20,908 nucleotides of DNA from positions 1-20,908 of the forward strand of contig JBDGTY010000012.1 in NCBI GenBank assembly GCA_042216335.1, written 5' to 3'. This document shows positions 17,540-20,908 of this stretch, one piece after another. The position numbers were made by a program, and so were the translations under genes. Each line of letters starts with the position of its first letter. Positions within the stretch are counted from its first letter, which is position 1. Source of the stretch: Candidatus Nanohalobium sp. (GTDB lineage: Archaea > Nanohalarchaeota > Nanosalinia > Nanosalinales > Nanosalinaceae). Under the pieces are notes generated by a model. That model did not search any database and had not been told where the DNA came from. It saw nothing but the letters and a program-made list of their open reading frames with translations.

Positions 17540-17799
17540 CTTGCAGTTTTCACCTCTGTTCTCTGGAAAAAGTTCATAGTATCGGGAAGGAAGATCCCAC
17601 CCAGTAGGCTTTCATCTCCTCCTTCCTCCAGCCTTTCACTGCTTGTAGGCCGGTATTTTCTCAGTCGTTGGGCGCAACATAGTCGGGTACTCAAGATATG
17701 TGACGAGTTGCCAGCAGTCAGTCGGGTTAAATGTGTTCTACCTATAGGTAGAGTCTTGGCCGTGTTTGATACTGTAACGGCCTTATCATGCTTTAACAC
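17536..17799 (-). CDS. Hypothetical protein
   Basis: Track ORF 17536-17808; the GGAGGTG RBS favours GTG 17799; its stop overlaps the next ATG; basic, atypical composition. Confidence 0.4.
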   Translation of the reverse strand: MLKHDKAVTVSNTAKTLPIGRTHLTRLTAGNSSHILSTRLCCAQRLRKYRPTSSERLEEGGDESLLGGIFLPDTMNFFQRTEVKTAR

Positions 17800-17890
17800 C
17801 TGAAACACCTCCTTTCTGGACCTCAGGGTTCTTCTGCTCTATAACATCAACAAGAATCTCCTCAACCAACTCATCGACAGATTCACTCAT
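17786..17890 (-). CDS. 34-aa acidic micro-ORF (MSESVDELVEEILVDVIEQKNPEVQKGGVSGVKA)
   Basis: Start overlaps the end of the upstream RHH gene; acidic amphipathic helix. Confidence 0.5.
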   Translation of the reverse strand: MSESVDELVEEILVDVIEQKNPEVQKGGVSGVKA

Positions 17891-18029
17891 TGGAACCACT
17901 TTCTAACTGATTAAGCTGCTCAAGAAGCCCTCTACGAGCTATTTCAGATTTTGAAAGTCCTGTTTGTTGCTTTACGTCAGCCAGTCTTTCTTCCAGCTGA
18001 TCTGCGATTTGAACGTGAAGGTTACCCAT
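17883..18029 (-). CDS. Ribbon-helix-helix (CopG-like) repressor
   Basis: MGNLHVQIADQLEERLADVKQQTGLSKSEIARRGL; AGGTGG RBS. Confidence 0.85.
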   Translation of the reverse strand: MGNLHVQIADQLEERLADVKQQTGLSKSEIARRGLLEQLNQLESGSNE

Positions 18030-18099
18030 TTTGTTACCACCTACCACACGGTTTGTTAAACCTGACTTATATAGGTTTCGCATGGCATGTGGTAGGTAT
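18030..18099. promoter_or_regulatory. Symmetric bidirectional promoter/operator
   Basis: ACCTACCACA (18039-48)/TGTGGTAGGT (18088-97) and AAACCT (18058-63)/AGGTTT (18073-78) flank a central TTATATA. Confidence 0.75.
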
Positions 18100-18753
18100 A
18101 TGCTGTCTGATGTCCAGAAGAAAGTACTTAACTCAAGGCAATCTCTAGAGGTACTGTCGGTAATAAAGGATAAAAATGAAAGCTATGGGAAGGAAATAGC
18201 TAGAGAGTTAGGTAAAAGCCAGTCGTCTATAAGTAGAACCATAAGACAGCTTAAAGACTCGAAATTAATTACCAAAGGCAGAAGAGAACAGGCACAGTAC
18301 TATAAAATAGATTATGAGGGCGTAGCTGATCTATATTTGGATATATTGGAAGAAGGAAAGGAGAAAAATGAGGCATATCAAGAACAATTAGCTAAAAAAC
18401 CAGAATATGAGGATGAAGACTGGATAACTCCAGAACTATTCGATCAATTTATTCCCGAAGCTAAAGCCAAAAAGTTTGCCAAGGCCTACTATCGAGAACT
18501 ATTCAACAACATTTCTAAAATAACAGACTATCATGAAAACATAGATTTAGAGGATTTCATAGTCAAAAGCGCGTACCAAAGCCTAATTTTAACAAGATAT
18601 AATAAAGAAGAGAACTATGAAGTGGTTGGAGATATGTTAGGACTCCTACAAGATTATTTAGACTTCTTTGACCCTCATGTAGCCACTGAAGATATAATTG
18701 AAGATAATTTTGTAAGTCTTGAGGATAGAGAAGAGATTGGTGCACCAGATTAG
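18100..18753 (+). CDS. ArsR/MarR-like wHTH transcriptional regulator
   Basis: 'SYGKEIARELGKSQSSISRTIRQLKDSKLITKGRREQAQYYKI'; ATG 18100. Confidence 0.88.
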   Translation: MLSDVQKKVLNSRQSLEVLSVIKDKNESYGKEIARELGKSQSSISRTIRQLKDSKLITKGRREQAQYYKIDYEGVADLYLDILEEGKEKNEAYQEQLAKKPEYEDEDWITPELFDQFIPEAKAKKFAKAYYRELFNNISKITDYHENIDLEDFIVKSAYQSLILTRYNKEENYEVVGDMLGLLQDYLDFFDPHVATEDIIEDNFVSLEDREEIGAPD

Positions 18754-19172
18754 ATTCCTATAACCTCGTAATCCGGCCTGCTTGGGTTTCCTTCTCCTTG
18801 TATCAGTTCTTTTTGTTCCATGTCTTTGATGTAGTCTCTTAGTCTTGGCCGTGTTTTGGGCCATTCTTTTTCTTTGTCGTACATCTCATAGATACTGGCG
18901 AGGTTTATTCCAGGGTTTTTCTTGATGATTCTGTAGAGGAGTTTTTGGTCCTTGTTCAGTTGTTTCTCTATTTCTGGTTCTATTTCTACGGCGTCTAGGC
19001 GGTTGAAGGACAGGTTTTCGTGGTCCATGACTGTCTTTATCCCGTTTTTCAGGACCATCTGTACTGCTTCTTCGAAGGAGTTGAAGTGTTGGGAGAGGTC
19101 GTTAATCCTCTCCCTGTCCTCCTCGCCGAGCTGGTCTTTCAGGTTGACGTAGGTCTTCTCCACTTCTACCAC
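18750..19172 (-). CDS. Protein with C-terminal wHTH resembling the Orc1/Cdc6 C-terminal domain
   Basis: 'LNKDQKLLYRII...SIYEMY...PKTRPRLRDYIKDMEQKELIQGEG' recalls the haloarchaeal Cdc6-like wHTH; no AAA+ domain. Confidence 0.7.
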   Translation of the reverse strand: MVEVEKTYVNLKDQLGEEDRERINDLSQHFNSFEEAVQMVLKNGIKTVMDHENLSFNRLDAVEIEPEIEKQLNKDQKLLYRIIKKNPGINLASIYEMYDKEKEWPKTRPRLRDYIKDMEQKELIQGEGNPSRPDYEVIGI

Positions 19173-19174
19173 CT

Positions 19175-19501
19175 TTACAGCATCTCTCCTATTCTTGGTT
19201 GGCTGTTTCCTGGACCTTCTTTGAGGTAGAAGTGTTGGCTGCTCTGTATGAAGCTGTATAGGCGGCCTTCGTTGACCTCTAGTCTTTCTGCTACGTCCTT
19301 CAAATGCTTGGATTTGGAGGCTACTGCTTCGCTTACTTGGCCAGGTGCTAAGTTCCTGTTTTCGTCCTTGTGCAGTGTGCTGTAGTGCCTTTTGACCTTT
19401 GCCTGTGTGTCAAACTTTTTCCTGCACTTTGTACATTGGTAGGAACCGTCGTCTAAGGCCTTGATTCCTTTGAATCCGAAGTTGTAGACTTCGTTGGCCA
19501 T
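19175..19501 (-). CDS. C2H2 zinc-finger protein
   Basis: YQCTKCRKKFDTQAKVKRHYSTLH; TAATG coupling to the integrase stop. Confidence 0.8.
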   Translation of the reverse strand: MANEVYNFGFKGIKALDDGSYQCTKCRKKFDTQAKVKRHYSTLHKDENRNLAPGQVSEAVASKSKHLKDVAERLEVNEGRLYSFIQSSQHFYLKEGPGNSQPRIGEML

Positions 19502-20793
19502 TACTGCATCACCTCGTTTTCTACAACTTTCTCTGCTATGCCACGGATGTCGTCTCTGGATTTTCCTACTTCTTCCTCTATCATCTCTGACTTGATTTCT
19601 TCCTTCATCTCCTTTATCTTGGCTTCTCTGTACAGGTCAGATGTCTTGAGTGTTTCGCCACAGTTCATGCAGTTATCTGTATCGAAGCCGTTGATTGTTC
19701 CGCATTCATGGCATTCGGAAGGCGTAAGGATTCTTGCTTCTTTCTCCTTGGCGTTCTCCTCGCCGTGTTCCAGTCCAAGGCTTTCAGCTACTCCTTTTTC
19801 TACGTCTTCTTGGGCGACTCTGCAGTAGTGTCTGACTATCTCGCTTCCTGGGGCCCAGTTCATGTGCTTACAGATCCATGCCTCGTTCATGTCTTGGCGC
19901 GCCCAGTAGCTGGCTCTGCCTTTTCTGAAGGCGTGAGGATTTACCTTGATTTTTTCAGGAATATCGGCCTCTCCTTTCGCCCTCTTCAGAATCTGGTTGG
20001 TTGCTCCTGAACTTAGCTGGTTTCCTTGCTGTACGCTTCTGAAGACGAATGCTTCCGGGTTATGTCCCTGTGGGTCGGACTCTCTGTGTTTGTACATGAA
20101 TGGATAGGCTTCTGCCATAGGTACCGAGTGGTCGCCTCCCGTCTTGGTGTCTCTGAACACTACCTTACCTATATCGTTGGTGAACTTCACGTCTTTCCAC
20201 TTCAGACCAAGCACTTCACCGTTTCTACCTCCTGTACTCCATAAAAGCATGATATAGGCTTTATCCCTGGTTCTTACTGTGTTTTTTACCAGCTTCTTTA
20301 CCGTCTCGGGGCCTGGTAGTTTGTCAGGATCTGTGTATTCTCTAGTTACTGTCAAGGTAAAGGAGATTATTTCCTCGGCCTCAAAGCCTTCCGGTAGATT
20401 GAGGTTGCCCTGGTAGTTGTCTACGTAGTCGGTGTAGAGCTTCCTGATTCCTTTCTTTATTTCTCTCTTAGTGCTTGGAGCATAGGGTTCGCCGTTCTGC
20501 TTGCAGATATTATCTGTCTGAAGCTCTCCTACATACTCTGTGACCTTGGTCTTGTCTACTTCCTCTATCTCCCAGTCACACCTTTTGAGCATCCGGAATA
20601 TGGTTCTGAGGTACCGGTTCATCCTGCTCTTTGAGTGTCCCTTGCTCTGCATGTAGGATAGGAAACTAGGTATATCACTAGTCCCTCTTACCAGGAGGTC
20701 TTTGTCTCGTTCAGCGATGTGCTGTGATTCTTTGATTTTGTTGATAGTGTTGTCTAATGCGCCGTCTAGGTTGTGGATGTCGCCTCGTGTCAT
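19501..20793 (-). CDS. Tyrosine recombinase/integrase with C-terminal zinc ribbon
   Basis: Catalytic R (TGGRNGE), K (DTKTG), HxxR (PHAFRK), W (HMNW), Y (RHY); CHEC...CMNC. Confidence 0.95.
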   Translation of the reverse strand: MTRGDIHNLDGALDNTINKIKESQHIAERDKDLLVRGTSDIPSFLSYMQSKGHSKSRMNRYLRTIFRMLKRCDWEIEEVDKTKVTEYVGELQTDNICKQNGEPYAPSTKREIKKGIRKLYTDYVDNYQGNLNLPEGFEAEEIISFTLTVTREYTDPDKLPGPETVKKLVKNTVRTRDKAYIMLLWSTGGRNGEVLGLKWKDVKFTNDIGKVVFRDTKTGGDHSVPMAEAYPFMYKHRESDPQGHNPEAFVFRSVQQGNQLSSGATNQILKRAKGEADIPEKIKVNPHAFRKGRASYWARQDMNEAWICKHMNWAPGSEIVRHYCRVAQEDVEKGVAESLGLEHGEENAKEKEARILTPSECHECGTINGFDTDNCMNCGETLKTSDLYREAKIKEMKEEIKSEMIEEEVGKSRDDIRGIAEKVVENEVMQ

Positions 20794-20853
20794 TTGACAT
20801 AGTCATCTCCACCCACCTTTTACTTTGACCGAATTAATTGACAGAAAACTGTT

Positions 20854-20908
20854 AGCCCTGGCCGGGATTTGAACCCGGGACCTGTCCCTCACTCAATTTT
20901 CTGAAAGC
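20854..20908 (-). tRNA. 3' part of tRNA-Thr (probably CGU) with a 37/38 intron; 5' half outside the window
   Basis: Minus strand A-GGGAC-AGGUC-CCGGG-UUCAAAU-CCCGG-CCAGGGC-U equals positions 38-73 (20889-20854). The GCCCUGG acceptor and U73 fit archaeal Thr; upstream UGAG-UG fits the 3' half of a bulge-helix-bulge. Confidence 0.8.

Larger units (their letters stand above)
12954..20866. mobile_element. ~7.9-kb integrative element in tRNA-Thr (tyrosine integrase; satellite- or provirus-like)
   Basis: 13-bp direct repeat at both ends, equal to the tRNA 3' end; integrase next to the tRNA; lower GC; many small DNA-binding proteins. Confidence 0.9.

Noticed and set aside
17366-17803. 145-aa + strand ORF
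   Set aside because: Antisense to the coupled minus-strand operon; no RBS or recognisable motif.

Overview
Compact archaeal window with a strongly acidic proteome and GGTGA-type ribosome-binding sites, most consistent with a nanohaloarchaeon (DPANN); the taxonomy is inferred. Bases 1-12250 are core-like genome: ATP-cone protein, DsbA, Na+/Ca2+ antiporter, family-B DNA polymerase divergent from an archaeal histone, a YprB/RNase-H-like exonuclease, a type IV pilin-like protein, and grpE-(ORF)-dnaK-dnaJ. Two things stand out. (1) The apparently intergenic 6621-7135 region looks like a ~515-nt structured + strand RNA. It has G-U-containing helices, a consensus kink-turn, paired 5'/3' ends and its own TATA box, and it embeds a 38-codon ORF ending ...VVPATAL. 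I cannot assign it to a known RNA family. (2) A ~7.9-kb AT-richer element (12954-20866) is integrated into the 3' end of an apparently intron-containing tRNA-Thr, with a 13-bp att duplication and 12-bp inverted arms. It carries a tyrosine integrase, a symmetric divergent repressor switch, a chain of translationally coupled micro-ORFs, a candidate origin and a Schlafen/AlbA_2 cargo gene, but no recognisable capsid, replicase or conjugation gene (satellite-like). An older degenerate att copy just after dnaJ suggests repeated tandem integration at this tRNA. All calls were made by eye, without database searches.
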